Part shown: piece by piece, positions 1-9,987 of the stretch
How the letters are laid out: every line of letters begins with the position of its first letter
Numbering within the stretch: the stretch's first letter is position 1
DNA from: Ignavibacteriota bacterium
GTDB lineage: Bacteria > Bacteroidota > Ignavibacteria > UBA10030 > UBA6906
Length of the DNA stretch: 64,000 nucleotides
NCBI GenBank assembly: GCA_963801355.1
Contig: CAWDEM010000004.1
Location: 1,593,279 to 1,657,278 of the forward strand
Direction of reading: 5' to 3'
Notes under the pieces: generated by a model
Told to the model about the DNA's origin: nothing
What the model saw: only the letters and a program-made list of their open reading frames with translations
Database searches by the model: none
Position numbers and translations under genes: made by a program

Positions 1-182
1 CGTCCATCCCGTGTCGCTCTCCCTGAGGCCGCGCCGAGGGTGCATCCCTCCCATGAACCATCGAGCCCGCTTCTGTAGGACAGCTCTTGCGGGAGAGACG
101 TGACTCCAGGATCACCCTGGGATGAGGCGGCAGCCGCGAAGACGGTGAAGGCAAGGGAAAGCTGGATACACCGTAGCGTCAT
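1..182 (-). CDS. Partial (runs off left edge) putative secreted protein, MTLRCIQLSLAFTVFAAAASSQG...
   Basis: Not in ORF track. AAGGAGG 5 nt upstream of ATG at 182, open to window edge, signal-peptide-like N-terminus. Confidence 0.55.
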   Translation of the reverse strand, partial: MTLRCIQLSLAFTVFAAAASSQGDPGVTSLPQELSYRSGLDGSWEGCTLGAASGRATRDG

Positions 183-553
183 AGTTGCCTCCTTGGAGGA
201 TGTGGGGACAGGGGTGGCCGAGGCAGATGCAGGAGGGTCGTCGGGGTGGGCTCTACAACAGAAGAACTGGAACAGGGTCCAGGGCGGCGGCCCGATGGCC
301 GAAAGTGGTTCACCAGTATGCACGAATGTACACGGAACATACGGCATTGTCAATCAGCCAGCTGCTGAAACCCCAACTCTGAAACCCCAACTCACAGCCG
401 AGTTTCCGGCCTATCTCCCCCAGACCCCTCTCCCCCAATGCCCTCTGGTGGAGATCGCCCGGGAAATGCCCACTCACGTGCGGATTTCGGGCCGTAGAAC
501 GCATCCTGCAGACCTCTCCAGCCCCAATTGGGCCGCTCCAGGATCCTCAACGG

Positions 554-1582
554 TCAGTTCAGTTCGATCTGAATCCTGTTCACCGTGCTGTGCAGCTGCT
601 CTGGCTGCAGGTGGGCGTAGATCTCGGTCACCTTTGATGAGGAATGTCCCAGGAGTCGCTGTACTTCGTACAAAGTCGATCCACTCTGGACCAACAAACT
701 CGCAAATGAATGCCTCAGGCTATGAAAGTGAAGCCGATCATCCAGACCTGCTTTCGGAACGTACCATTTGAACAAATGGGTGATGTACTGCGGATCTATC
801 GCCTTGTCGTCAAACGTGAAGACATACTTCCCAAGACTTACCGGGATCCGTGATGCCAACACATGCATGGCTGCATCATTGAGCGGGACCGTTCGGTGCT
901 TCTCCGCCTTTGTCTTGAAGGTTGGGGTAGAATGAACAAGAACAATCCTCTTGATCATCTGCACGTCTACCCATCGCAGATTGGCGATCTCTCCTCGACG
1001 CAACCCGGTAGTAGCGGCAAAGACAATGACCTCGCGGAACCACTGTTCCTCTACACATGCGAGCAGCCGCCCGAGTCCGTCGAGAGAGAAGAATACGGGA
1101 AGCTGTTCTGAGACCAGTGCAAACTGCACATCCTCAAATGGGCTCTGCGGAATGAGCTTCCACTTCCGCGCAGTGTTGAACGCCGCACGCAAGGTCCTCA
1201 GCTCAATGTTCACCGAGATGGGCTTGACTTGACCAAGGCGATAGGTCTTGTAGCGGTCGAAATGTTGCGCGGTGATGTTGCCCAAGCTGATGTCTCCGAT
1301 CTGGCACAAGAAGTTCCTCAGACATCGGCGATAGATGTCAAAGGTCGCGGGAGAGTAGTTCTTCTCTGCATAGGCAAGGAAATCCGCAGCGAAGACCCTG
1401 AGAGGGATAGGTCGGGCCTTCTCCCGAATGAGTTCCTGGAAGTGTGCGAGGGCTTTGAGCGCTCCAGATTTGGTCGTTGCCCCGGTGGACTTCCAATGGC
1501 GCCTGCCATCGCGGTAGAAGCCGATGTAATAGATCTGGTTGGGACGTTTGTAGAGGGAGAATCTTGAAGGAAGGACAGACAT
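554..1582 (-). CDS. Tyrosine recombinase/integrase
   Basis: Catalytic motifs GLRRGEI, HSLRH, LLGHS, IYAH; N-terminal arm-binding-like segment; GGAGG before ATG 1582. Confidence 0.93.
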   Translation of the reverse strand: MSVLPSRFSLYKRPNQIYYIGFYRDGRRHWKSTGATTKSGALKALAHFQELIREKARPIPLRVFAADFLAYAEKNYSPATFDIYRRCLRNFLCQIGDISLGNITAQHFDRYKTYRLGQVKPISVNIELRTLRAAFNTARKWKLIPQSPFEDVQFALVSEQLPVFFSLDGLGRLLACVEEQWFREVIVFAATTGLRRGEIANLRWVDVQMIKRIVLVHSTPTFKTKAEKHRTVPLNDAAMHVLASRIPVSLGKYVFTFDDKAIDPQYITHLFKWYVPKAGLDDRLHFHSLRHSFASLLVQSGSTLYEVQRLLGHSSSKVTEIYAHLQPEQLHSTVNRIQIELN

Positions 1583-1594
1583 GTTGACCTCCAA

Positions 1595-1616
1595 CTGTCA
1601 ACAGATCTGTCTACAG
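1595..1616. repeat. Tandem CTGTC(A/T)ACAG repeats, putative integrase arm-type sites
   Basis: CTGTCAACAG-AT-CTGTCTACAG between tRNA end and integrase RBS. Confidence 0.5.
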
Positions 1617-1665
1617 CAAGCGGATCAAGGGATGCGGAAGATCAGAATACCCTTGATTTTACAAG

Positions 1666-1740
1666 CGGGGTAGACGAGACTCGAACTCGCGGCCTCCTGC
1701 GTGACAGGCAGGCGCTCTAACCAAACTGAGCTACTACCCC
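1666..1740 (-). tRNA. tRNA-Asp (GTC), CCA not encoded
   Basis: GGGGTAG acceptor stem, anticodon arm CCTGC-CTGTCAC-GCAGG, TTCGAG T-loop. Confidence 0.96.
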
Positions 1741-1853
1741 GAACTATCCACTAACGAAAGGATCTGCAATTCACAACCAAGTACCATAAAGATAAGGATA
1801 AGGCACAGAATAATCAAGAGAATGATGATTTTTCGATGCGCTCGACGTGGAGG

Positions 1854-3908
1854 CTAGTGAAACAAGGCCTCCGCCGGAATCGGGCCCTTCCTAACGCCAC
1901 TTCTCTCCCAGGAAACCTTCAGCCCCTCTCCCCCTGAACTTTGAAAGAAAACCACACGGATCGGATGAAATCCCTCGGCAAGCGCAATCACGCCCGAAAC
2001 CTCCTGCATGCCGTGCTGCCCGTCGTTGTCAACGATCATTGACTCACCGATGTACAATCGGCTGCCATCGTCCGACTCGGTGATGAACCGGTACACTGCA
2101 GTCGCGGGGACACGAACGTAGCCGGTGTACTCCAAACCGTAGTTTTCCCCCTGCATTGTCGGCGGAAGGAAAAATGACGCGGCTATTCCGTTCTTGACTG
2201 CAGTGAGGGATGCGAAATCAGGTAGTTGATCCCACTTGCCCTGAAACCAACGGAAACCCACACCGGCCTCGCGCCCGGAGAGCGAAAGAGACGGCCGTGG
2301 CTCCACTTTTTTGAGTTCGATCCGCGACGAGTCGCTGACCGGACGGCCACTCACGAAACAACGGGCACTCACAGTCGAAGACGAGTGGAGGATCACGGGT
2401 CCATCGACGCGCGGCGACCTCACCGTCGGCGTGGAACCATCCGTGGTGTACCTGATTTCCGCCCGTTTACTATTCGAGGCAATTGTCACAGCCGCGCTGT
2501 CTATGAAGATGGGAAACTCGGATCCGATATCCGGTGGATCGGCGATGTCGGGCCGGCCGGGAATCTCGAGTACAACTACAGAGTTGATGGGATCCGGCGG
2601 CGCCGGCGGAAGACCAATCACCAGCGCGTCATCATGACGGTTCACTTTCAAAGAACGCCTGCGGGAATCCGCCAGAAGATATGCCTTCCGCGCGTTGTTA
2701 AGGATTCCGGGCACAACCAACTGCCGGTTCTGCGGCCAGTCGAACACGTGGAGATACAAGCGCGTTCCGCCATTAGCTTTCTTTTGCGTACATCGTCCCC
2801 AGGCAAGTGACTTGAACGGACTCGCCTGCGTGCCATAGATTGCTTCACTGTTTACCTTCATCCATTTGCCGATGGCCTGCAACCGTTCAATGCTCGGGCC
2901 CGGAAACTCACCGTCTGCCGTCGGCCCGATATTCAGCAAGAGATTCCCGCCCTTCGATGCAATGTCGGCAAGCATCCGCACCAACTCGCTCGAAGACTTC
3001 CATTTGTCGTCGTGACTATTGTAACCCCAATGGTCGTTCATGGTTATACAGGACTCCCAGTCAACGCCGGGAAGACCGGTCGCGGGAACCTGCTGCTCGG
3101 GTGTCCCGAAATCGCCGGCGAATTCTTCTCCCTGGGAGAACCCCTGCATGCCCGACCGTCCTGCTCCCACACGGTTGTTGATGATGATGGAAGGCTGCAG
3201 AGAGCGCACATAGTCGTAGAGCTCACGCCCCATCTTCTGGTTCCAGGTGTTCTCCCATTCGCCGTCAAACCAGAGCACGCCGATGTCACCGTAGTTTGTC
3301 ACCAACTCCCTCAATTGCTCTCTCATGTAATGAAGATATCGTGCGGAGTCTGCTCCTTCCGTCGGACGGTCCTTTTCCCAATCCCTCCTCGGAAGATAAT
3401 CGGGATGATGCCAGTCCATTATGGAGTAGTACCAGCACATCTTCATCCCCTGCCGCCGGCATTCTTCAGCGAGAGACTTCATAATGTCGCGACGAAACGG
3501 AGTGGACATGACGTCGTAGTCCGTTTGCTTCGAATCGAACAGGCAGAAACCATCGTGGTGTTTTGTTGTGATGACGATGTATTTCATACCGGCTTCTTTT
3601 GCGGCACGGACCCATGCCCCCGGGTCGAACCGGGTAGGGTTGAACTGGCTGACGAATTCATCGTACTTCGCCAGAGGGATGTGAGCGGTCGTGCGGATCC
3701 ACTCGGCATGGCCGGTCTCCTCCCCCCAGGTCCCCGCAGGAATGGCATACAACCCCCAATGGATGAAGAGGCCGAATCGCGCCTCACGCCACCACTGCAT
3801 GCGGGCGTCGTGTTGTGAGGGAGTCTCGGGTTGCCCGAGCGCTGCAAAGGGATGCGTGCAAAAGAGAGCGAACAGGACGGGCAGAGCGATGATTCTTCGT
3901 GCGTTCAT
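1854..3908 (-). CDS. Secreted alpha-L-fucosidase (GH29) with chitobiase/FN3-like and PA14 domains
   Basis: FGLFIHWG, TKHHDGF, LWFDG, GGNLLLN motifs; IRYTTDGSTP and SDDGSRL segments; signal peptide. Confidence 0.93.
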   Translation of the reverse strand: MNARRIIALPVLFALFCTHPFAALGQPETPSQHDARMQWWREARFGLFIHWGLYAIPAGTWGEETGHAEWIRTTAHIPLAKYDEFVSQFNPTRFDPGAWVRAAKEAGMKYIVITTKHHDGFCLFDSKQTDYDVMSTPFRRDIMKSLAEECRRQGMKMCWYYSIMDWHHPDYLPRRDWEKDRPTEGADSARYLHYMREQLRELVTNYGDIGVLWFDGEWENTWNQKMGRELYDYVRSLQPSIIINNRVGAGRSGMQGFSQGEEFAGDFGTPEQQVPATGLPGVDWESCITMNDHWGYNSHDDKWKSSSELVRMLADIASKGGNLLLNIGPTADGEFPGPSIERLQAIGKWMKVNSEAIYGTQASPFKSLAWGRCTQKKANGGTRLYLHVFDWPQNRQLVVPGILNNARKAYLLADSRRRSLKVNRHDDALVIGLPPAPPDPINSVVVLEIPGRPDIADPPDIGSEFPIFIDSAAVTIASNSKRAEIRYTTDGSTPTVRSPRVDGPVILHSSSTVSARCFVSGRPVSDSSRIELKKVEPRPSLSLSGREAGVGFRWFQGKWDQLPDFASLTAVKNGIAASFFLPPTMQGENYGLEYTGYVRVPATAVYRFITESDDGSRLYIGESMIVDNDGQHGMQEVSGVIALAEGFHPIRVVFFQSSGGEGLKVSWERSGVRKGPIPAEALFH

Positions 3909-3987
3909 GGGGGGATCCTTCATCTCCGTGGGTTCATGTATCCGAAGATAACCAAAAAGTCGGAATGGTGCCGCATGCTTTTTCCAC

Positions 3988-4015
3988 TTGACACTCACCC
4001 CCGATTTCTTATATT
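3988..4015 (+). promoter_or_regulatory. Sigma70-like promoter for ilv-leu leader
   Basis: TTGACA-N16-TATATT about 20 nt upstream of leader ATG. Confidence 0.55.
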
Positions 4016-4036
4016 CAGAACATACCTGTGAATCCA

Positions 4037-4168
4037 ATGGGAAACAGCCTCCATACCGGCATCAGCAGCACCGCACGGACACCCGTTGCATTCTCACGTA
4101 TTTCTGTCTCCTGGTTGGCTATTCTCCTCCTTATCCTTAACCTCCTGGTTCTGGGGCTACTTAACTAA
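4037..4168 (+). CDS. Putative ilv/leu operon leader peptide (43 aa)
   Basis: MGNSLHTGISSTARTPVAFSRISVSWLAILLLILNLLVLGLLN*; Ile/Leu/Val run before the stop, directly upstream of ilvD. Confidence 0.75.
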   Translation: MGNSLHTGISSTARTPVAFSRISVSWLAILLLILNLLVLGLLN

Positions 4169-4264
4169 CCCGGACGCCAGAGGTTAACCAAGCACACCAC
4201 AAAGCACTTCAGTTGATCTACCGGTAAGCAAGGTTCGCCTCTGGCAGGCCGAAATTGTTGTTTC
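4137..4264 (+). promoter_or_regulatory. Putative attenuator with mutually exclusive helices
   Basis: 4137-4148 pairs with 4177-4187; 4176-4183 GCCAGAGG pairs with 4238-4245 CCTCTGGC; weak hairpin 4234-4253 followed by U-rich tract. Confidence 0.65.
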
Positions 4265-4289
4265 ATGCGTCTGAGTGAGGATGAACCCA

Positions 4290-5975
4290 ATGCCGGAATC
4301 GTTTTCGTGGAACCGCCGCAGCCGGACCGTTACCGAGGGTATCCAGCGTACGCCCAACCGTGCAATGCTGCGGGCAGTGGGATTCGGTGACCCCGATTTC
4401 GCCAAACCAATCGTTGGAATTTCCAACGCCCACAGTAATCTCACCCCCTGCAACGTAGGTTTGAACGGCCTCGCGGATGCCGCAATGGCTGCCCTGAAGG
4501 CAGCCGGGGCGATGCCCCAGGTCTTCGGGACAATCACCGTCAGCGACGGCATATCCATGGGGACACAGGGTATGAAGTACAGCCTGGTCTCCCGGGAGAT
4601 CATCGCGGATTCCATCGAAGCGGTCTGCAGTGCCCAGTGCATGGATGGCATTCTGGCTATCGGCGGGTGTGACAAGAACATACCCGGTGCACTGATCGCC
4701 TTCGCACGCCTGAATATCCCCGCGATATTTGTCTACGGCGGGACCATCAAACCCGGGCACTACAACGGCCGGGATCTCACGATCGTGAGTGCGTTTGAGG
4801 CGGTTGGGGAGTTCAGCGCGCACAAGATCGGCGAGCACGAGCTGAAGGAAGTCGAGCGTCACGCATGCCCCGGTGCCGGCTCATGCGGCGGCATGTACAC
4901 GGCCAACACAATGTCCTCGGCTGTCGAGGCGATGGGCATGTCGCTTCCATACTCTTCGACGATGGCGGCGGAGGATGCCGAAAAAACCGGGAGTACCGCT
5001 GCATCTGCGGACGCTCTAGTAGGCGCCATCAAGAACCAGATTCTTCCCCGGGCAATCCTCACTCGCAAGGCCTTTGAGAATGCGATCGCCGTGACAATGG
5101 CTGTCGGCGGATCGACAAACGCCGTTCTCCACTTGCTGGCGATTGCGTATGCAGCCGGAGTGCCACTCACAGTGGATGACTTTGAGCCCATTCGCAAACG
5201 TGTCCCGGTGTTGTGTGACCTCAAGCCTTCGGGCAAATACGTCACAACGGAGTTTCACAGAGCCGGTGGAGTCCCCCAGGTGATGCGCATGCTCCTTGAT
5301 CATGGCGTGCTGCATGGTGACGCCTTGACCATCACAGGGCAGACGGTCTCAGAGGTGCTGGCCCCGGTCCCGTCGTCTCCGCCGGTAGGGCAGGAGGTCA
5401 TCCATTCCTGGGATACGCCGGTGTATGCGCACGGTCACCTGGTGATACTGCGCGGCAATCTCGCGACAGAAGGCGCGGTGGCGAAAATCACAGGGGTAAA
5501 GAAGGCCAGGATTACAGGTCCGGCACGCGTGTTTGATTCCGAAGAGACCTGTCTTGAGGCAATTCTCTCCGGTCTGATCCGCGCGGGGGACATCCTGGTG
5601 ATACGCTACGAAGGCCCGAAGGGAGGGCCGGGCATGCGCGAAATGCTTGCGCCGACCTCCGCCCTGATCGGCGCCGGGCTGGGTGATTCGGTCGGACTGA
5701 TCACTGACGGCCGCTTTTCGGGGGGAACCTACGGCATGGTGGTGGGCCATGTCGCTCCGGAAGCGGCCGTCGGAGGAACGATAGCACTCGTGCGGGAACA
5801 GGATATGATCACGATCGACGCTGAAACGATGCAACTCACATTGCATGTTTCGGATCCCGAACTTGACAAGCGGCGCGTTTCCTGGAAACCCTCCCCGCCA
5901 CCGCAGCGCGGCGTGCTGGCAAAGTATGCCAGGTCGGTGTCGAGCAGCAGCCTGGGGGCTGTGACAGATTTGTGA
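4290..5975 (+). CDS. ilvD: Dihydroxy-acid dehydratase
   Basis: [38 protein letters not shown] motifs. Confidence 0.97.
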   Translation: MPESFSWNRRSRTVTEGIQRTPNRAMLRAVGFGDPDFAKPIVGISNAHSNLTPCNVGLNGLADAAMAALKAAGAMPQVFGTITVSDGISMGTQGMKYSLVSREIIADSIEAVCSAQCMDGILAIGGCDKNIPGALIAFARLNIPAIFVYGGTIKPGHYNGRDLTIVSAFEAVGEFSAHKIGEHELKEVERHACPGAGSCGGMYTANTMSSAVEAMGMSLPYSSTMAAEDAEKTGSTAASADALVGAIKNQILPRAILTRKAFENAIAVTMAVGGSTNAVLHLLAIAYAAGVPLTVDDFEPIRKRVPVLCDLKPSGKYVTTEFHRAGGVPQVMRMLLDHGVLHGDALTITGQTVSEVLAPVPSSPPVGQEVIHSWDTPVYAHGHLVILRGNLATEGAVAKITGVKKARITGPARVFDSEETCLEAILSGLIRAGDILVIRYEGPKGGPGMREMLAPTSALIGAGLGDSVGLITDGRFSGGTYGMVVGHVAPEAAVGGTIALVREQDMITIDAETMQLTLHVSDPELDKRRVSWKPSPPPQRGVLAKYARSVSSSSLGAVTDL

Positions 5976-6035
5976 AAACGAGGAACCCGGCATGCGTGTT
6001 GCCGGTTCTTAAGTCAAGCAAAGAGAGGAGCATCT

Positions 6036-7844
6036 ATGACACGGGAGTCAGACAGCGAAGAGGGATCGAAGCCCGGCACGGTGATGACGGGAGCGGAAAT
6101 TTTCGTGCGTTCGCTCATTGAAGAGAAAGTCGAGGTGCTCTTCGGATACCCCGGAGGAGCGACAATCGGCGTGTATGACGTGCTTCGTGATCTTTCCAAC
6201 ATCCAGCATGTTCTGACGCGGCACGAACAGGGCGCGACACATGCCGCCGAAGGATACGCCCGGGTGACAGGCAAACCCGGCGTGGTACTTGTCACTTCAG
6301 GCCCCGGGGCAACAAACACGGTCACAGGAATCGCGGATGCCTACATGGATTCCCTGCCGCTCGTCGTGTTCACGGGCCAGGTACCGTTGCGGCTCATCGG
6401 CAACGACGCCTTCCAGGAAGCAGATATCGTCGGCATCACACGTCAGATTACCAAGCACAACTACCTCGTGCGGGATGTGACAGAACTCGCGAAGACGATC
6501 AAAGAGGCCTTTCACATCGCCGGCAGCGGCCGGCCCGGGCCCGTGCTGGTGGACCTGCCCAAAGATGTCATGGCACACACCGCGCCGTTCCACTATCCAG
6601 CGACAGTGGAGATGAGGAGCTATAATCCCATTGTTGAAGGACACCAGAAGCAGTTGAAAAAGGCCGCGGATGTTATCAACGGGGCCGAGCGGCCCGTGCT
6701 CTATGTTGGCGGTGGTGTCATTCTGTCGGGTGCTGCAAAGGAGCTGACGGCCCTCGCGCGCAAGATGTCCTGTCCGGTCACCACTACTCTTCAGGGGCTG
6801 GGTGCTTTTCCGTCGAACGACCCCCTGTCAATGGGGATGCTGGGGATGCACGGCACCTGGTACTCCAACATGGCGGTGCATCATTGCGATGTCTTGATCG
6901 CCGTGGGGGCCCGCTTTGATGACCGGGTAACAGGGAAAGTTGAAGAGTTCGCGCCGGAAGCGAAGGTCGTTCATATCGACATCGATCCATCCGCAATCAG
7001 CAAAAACGTTGCGGTGGATGTGCCGATCGTCGGAGATGTGAAGCGGGTTCTCAGCAGTCTGCTCCCCCTCGTCAGAAAACTCGACACCGCCGGATGGCAA
7101 TCGAAGATTGCCGGGTGGAAACGTGAGCATCCGCTGCGGTATCAATCGGGCCGGGAAATCCGTGCACAACAGGTTTTCCACTGCCTGGGCGAAGTTACCG
7201 GGGGAGAGGCGATTCTGGTCACTGACGTCGGTCAGCACCAGATGTGGGCGGCGCAGTTCTTCCCCTGCATGGAGCCGCGGACGTTCGTCACTTCGGGAGG
7301 TCTGGGGACGATGGGGTTTTCGCTTCCTGCCGCAATGGGGGTGGCGTTCGCCCGTCCGAACCTGCCCATTGTTTCCGTCAGCGGCGATGGCGGCTTCCAG
7401 ATGAATTCCCAGGAACTGACGACGATTGTCCAGCACAAGCTCCCGGTGAAGATCTTCGTCATCAACAACGGGTTTCTGGGGATGGTCCGGCAATGGCAGG
7501 ACCTCTTCTGGAAAGGGCGCTATTCGCAGGTCGAAATGACAAGTCCGGATTTTGTGAAGCTTGCGGAAGCACACGGCTGTCCGGGTTTTCGTGCAACGAC
7601 CTCGTCAGAAGTAGAGCCGCTGGTACGTCGCGCGATGGGGTACAGCGATGGCCCCGTGCTGGTCGAATTCGTGGTGGCACCGGAAGACAACGTCTACCCG
7701 ATGATCCCGGCAGGCCAGACGGTGAAGGAAATGATTGACATCCCACTTGATCCGGGGGGTGAAGGTGTTACCGTATTCGTTCCAGGCAGTACCACGGCGG
7801 CACACATGAGAAAGGAGGAGCGCCATGGCGTCCGCATCCACTAG
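6036..7844 (+). CDS. ilvB: Acetolactate synthase large subunit
   Basis: FGYPGGA, RHEQGA, TSGPGATN, DVGQHQMW, GDGGFQM. Confidence 0.97.
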   Translation: MTRESDSEEGSKPGTVMTGAEIFVRSLIEEKVEVLFGYPGGATIGVYDVLRDLSNIQHVLTRHEQGATHAAEGYARVTGKPGVVLVTSGPGATNTVTGIADAYMDSLPLVVFTGQVPLRLIGNDAFQEADIVGITRQITKHNYLVRDVTELAKTIKEAFHIAGSGRPGPVLVDLPKDVMAHTAPFHYPATVEMRSYNPIVEGHQKQLKKAADVINGAERPVLYVGGGVILSGAAKELTALARKMSCPVTTTLQGLGAFPSNDPLSMGMLGMHGTWYSNMAVHHCDVLIAVGARFDDRVTGKVEEFAPEAKVVHIDIDPSAISKNVAVDVPIVGDVKRVLSSLLPLVRKLDTAGWQSKIAGWKREHPLRYQSGREIRAQQVFHCLGEVTGGEAILVTDVGQHQMWAAQFFPCMEPRTFVTSGGLGTMGFSLPAAMGVAFARPNLPIVSVSGDGGFQMNSQELTTIVQHKLPVKIFVINNGFLGMVRQWQDLFWKGRYSQVEMTSPDFVKLAEAHGCPGFRATTSSEVEPLVRRAMGYSDGPVLVEFVVAPEDNVYPMIPAGQTVKEMIDIPLDPGGEGVTVFVPGSTTAAHMRKEERHGVRIH

Positions 7845-8367
7845 TGTGCGACGATCGGTTTCCGCGCCTGTGACCAGCAGGCGGCATACGATTTCAGTCC
7901 TGGTGGAGAACAAGTTCAATGCGCTCTCGCGCATTGCGGGACTGTTTTCGGCCAAGGGATATAATATTGAGAGTCTGAGTGTCGGACCCACGGAGGACGA
8001 AACCGTCTCCCGCATGACCATCGTGACAGAGGGGGATGATCCCATCATCGAACAAATCACGAAACAGCTGCATAAACTGATTGATACCATTAAGGTAATC
8101 GATCTCACGTTTGAAAGCTTCGTGGAGAGAGAGCTGGTGCTGCTGAAAATCCAGACCACAGCCGCGACTCGTCCGGAGATCATGCAAATCGCCGAAATCT
8201 TCCGTGCCAAGGTCGTGGATATCAGTCCGCGCACGCTGACACTGGAGGCCACGGGCAGCCGGCAGAAAGTGGACGCAATCATCAAGATGCTCAAACCCTT
8301 TGTCATCAAAGAGTTGGCACGAACGGGGCAGGTGGCACTCAAGAGGGAATTCCACGGCGAAGTGTGA
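7825..8367 (+). CDS. ilvN: Acetolactate synthase regulatory subunit
   Basis: ACT domain HTISVLVEN...NIESLSVG, ELARTG. Confidence 0.95.
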   Translation: MASASTSVRRSVSAPVTSRRHTISVLVENKFNALSRIAGLFSAKGYNIESLSVGPTEDETVSRMTIVTEGDDPIIEQITKQLHKLIDTIKVIDLTFESFVERELVLLKIQTTAATRPEIMQIAEIFRAKVVDISPRTLTLEATGSRQKVDAIIKMLKPFVIKELARTGQVALKREFHGEV

Positions 8368-8424
8368 CCGTTGTGGCTGGTGGATCCACAGACGACACTA
8401 TGAAGAGAGAACGGAGAAGAAACG

Positions 8425-9984
8425 ATGGACGACGACCGGGTACACATTTTTGACACGACGCTTCGTGACGGTGAGCAGTCCCCAGGTTGCAGCATGAATC
8501 TGGAAGAGAAACTCCGGATGGCGCGTCAGCTGGAGCGGCTGGGGGTGGACGTGATTGAGGCGGGGTTTCCCATCGCGTCAGTGGGAGATTTTGAGGCGGT
8601 AAGAGCCGTGGCGGAAACAGTGCAGCGACCGATTGTTGCAGGTCTCTGCCGTGCGGTCGAGGCCGATATATCGCGGGCCTGGGAAGCACTCAAGGCAGCC
8701 TCCCGGCCGCGCCTGCACACGTTTCTGGCGACCTCCGACATCCACCTCAAATACAAGCTCCGGAAGGAGCGTCCGGAGGTATTGAAGGCGGTAGACGCAG
8801 CGGTCCGCTATGCGCGTTCACTTTGTGCCGATGTCGAATTTTCCTGCGAGGATGCATCGCGGAGTGATATCGGCTTCCTCTGTGAAGTAGTGGAGGTGGC
8901 CATCGAGGCGGGCGCAGGGGTGATCAACCTGCCCGATACCGTGGGATATGCGATGTCTTCCGAATACGGCGCGATGTTCCGCCAGGTGCGGGAACGCGTC
9001 CGGGGGATCGATCGCGCGGTGCTGAGCGCGCATTGTCACAATGATCTGGGCCTGGCTGTCGCCAATTCCATTGCCGCGATCGAGAACGGCGTGCGGCAGG
9101 TTGAATGCACGCTGAATGGGATCGGCGAACGTGCGGGAAACGCCGCTCTTGAGGAGATCGTGATGGCGATAAAAACGCGTGGAGAACTCCTGGGTGTGCA
9201 GACGGGTATAGTAACGGAAGAGATCATCAAATCCAGCCGCTTGCTGTCCAGCGTGACGGGCATGATGGTCCAGCGGAACAAGGCCATTGTGGGTGCGAAC
9301 GCTTTTGCACACGAAGCCGGTATTCATCAGGACGGCGTGCTGAAGAGCGCCATCACGTACGAGATCATGACCCCGCAATCCGTCGGGATCAAATACAACA
9401 CGCTCGTCCTGGGGAAGCACTCGGGAAGACATGCGCTGAAGCAACGGTATGCCGACCTGGGCTACACGCTGTCGCCGGAAGAGCTGGAGAGCGCTTACAC
9501 GGAGTTCTGTGCGATTGCCGATCAGAAAAAGGAGGTTGCCGACGAAGAGCTCGTGGCTATTCTGGAAGACCGGGCGACCTCGCCGGAAGAGTACTATCAC
9601 CTTGAAGAGCTTCACGTGAGTACGGGGACGCGGGTTCGCCCCACGGCCACAGTGGAGCTGAGGAAAGGGGATACGCGGTTCGTGGATTCAGCCACGGGTG
9701 ACGGCCCGGTGGATGCGGCATACCGTGCCATCGAGCGCATCACCGGCATCGCCGGAAAGCTGACGGAGTATGTCCTCAAGTCGGTAAGCTACGGACACGA
9801 CACGATCGGCGAAGCGTTTGTTCGCGTGGATTTTGACGGTGTGGTGTTCAATGGCCGCGCGGCAAGCACCGATGTCATTACAGGCAGCGTGAAGGCGTAT
9901 CTCGAGGCACTCAACCGTGCGCAGAATGCCATTCGCTTGAAACATGCCGCCGCGGCTGCGACACCGGCGGAGGCGGGGGCATAG
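8425..9984 (+). CDS. leuA: 2-isopropylmalate synthase
   Basis: DTTLRDGEQ, HCHNDLG, GERAGNA, regulatory GDGPVDA. Confidence 0.97.
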   Translation: MDDDRVHIFDTTLRDGEQSPGCSMNLEEKLRMARQLERLGVDVIEAGFPIASVGDFEAVRAVAETVQRPIVAGLCRAVEADISRAWEALKAASRPRLHTFLATSDIHLKYKLRKERPEVLKAVDAAVRYARSLCADVEFSCEDASRSDIGFLCEVVEVAIEAGAGVINLPDTVGYAMSSEYGAMFRQVRERVRGIDRAVLSAHCHNDLGLAVANSIAAIENGVRQVECTLNGIGERAGNAALEEIVMAIKTRGELLGVQTGIVTEEIIKSSRLLSSVTGMMVQRNKAIVGANAFAHEAGIHQDGVLKSAITYEIMTPQSVGIKYNTLVLGKHSGRHALKQRYADLGYTLSPEELESAYTEFCAIADQKKEVADEELVAILEDRATSPEEYYHLEELHVSTGTRVRPTATVELRKGDTRFVDSATGDGPVDAAYRAIERITGIAGKLTEYVLKSVSYGHDTIGEAFVRVDFDGVVFNGRAASTDVITGSVKAYLEALNRAQNAIRLKHAAAAATPAEAGA

Positions 9985-9987
9985 GCG

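Larger units (their letters stand above)
1..1665. mobile_element. Right end of a probable integrative element inserted at tRNA-Asp
   Basis: Integrase starts about 85 nt past the tRNA-Asp 3' end; second att site not visible in window. Confidence 0.6.

Noticed and set aside
100-771. 223-aa plus-strand ORF
   Set aside because: Overlaps the integrase 3' end and the better-supported minus-strand ORF at <1-182; no motif or RBS
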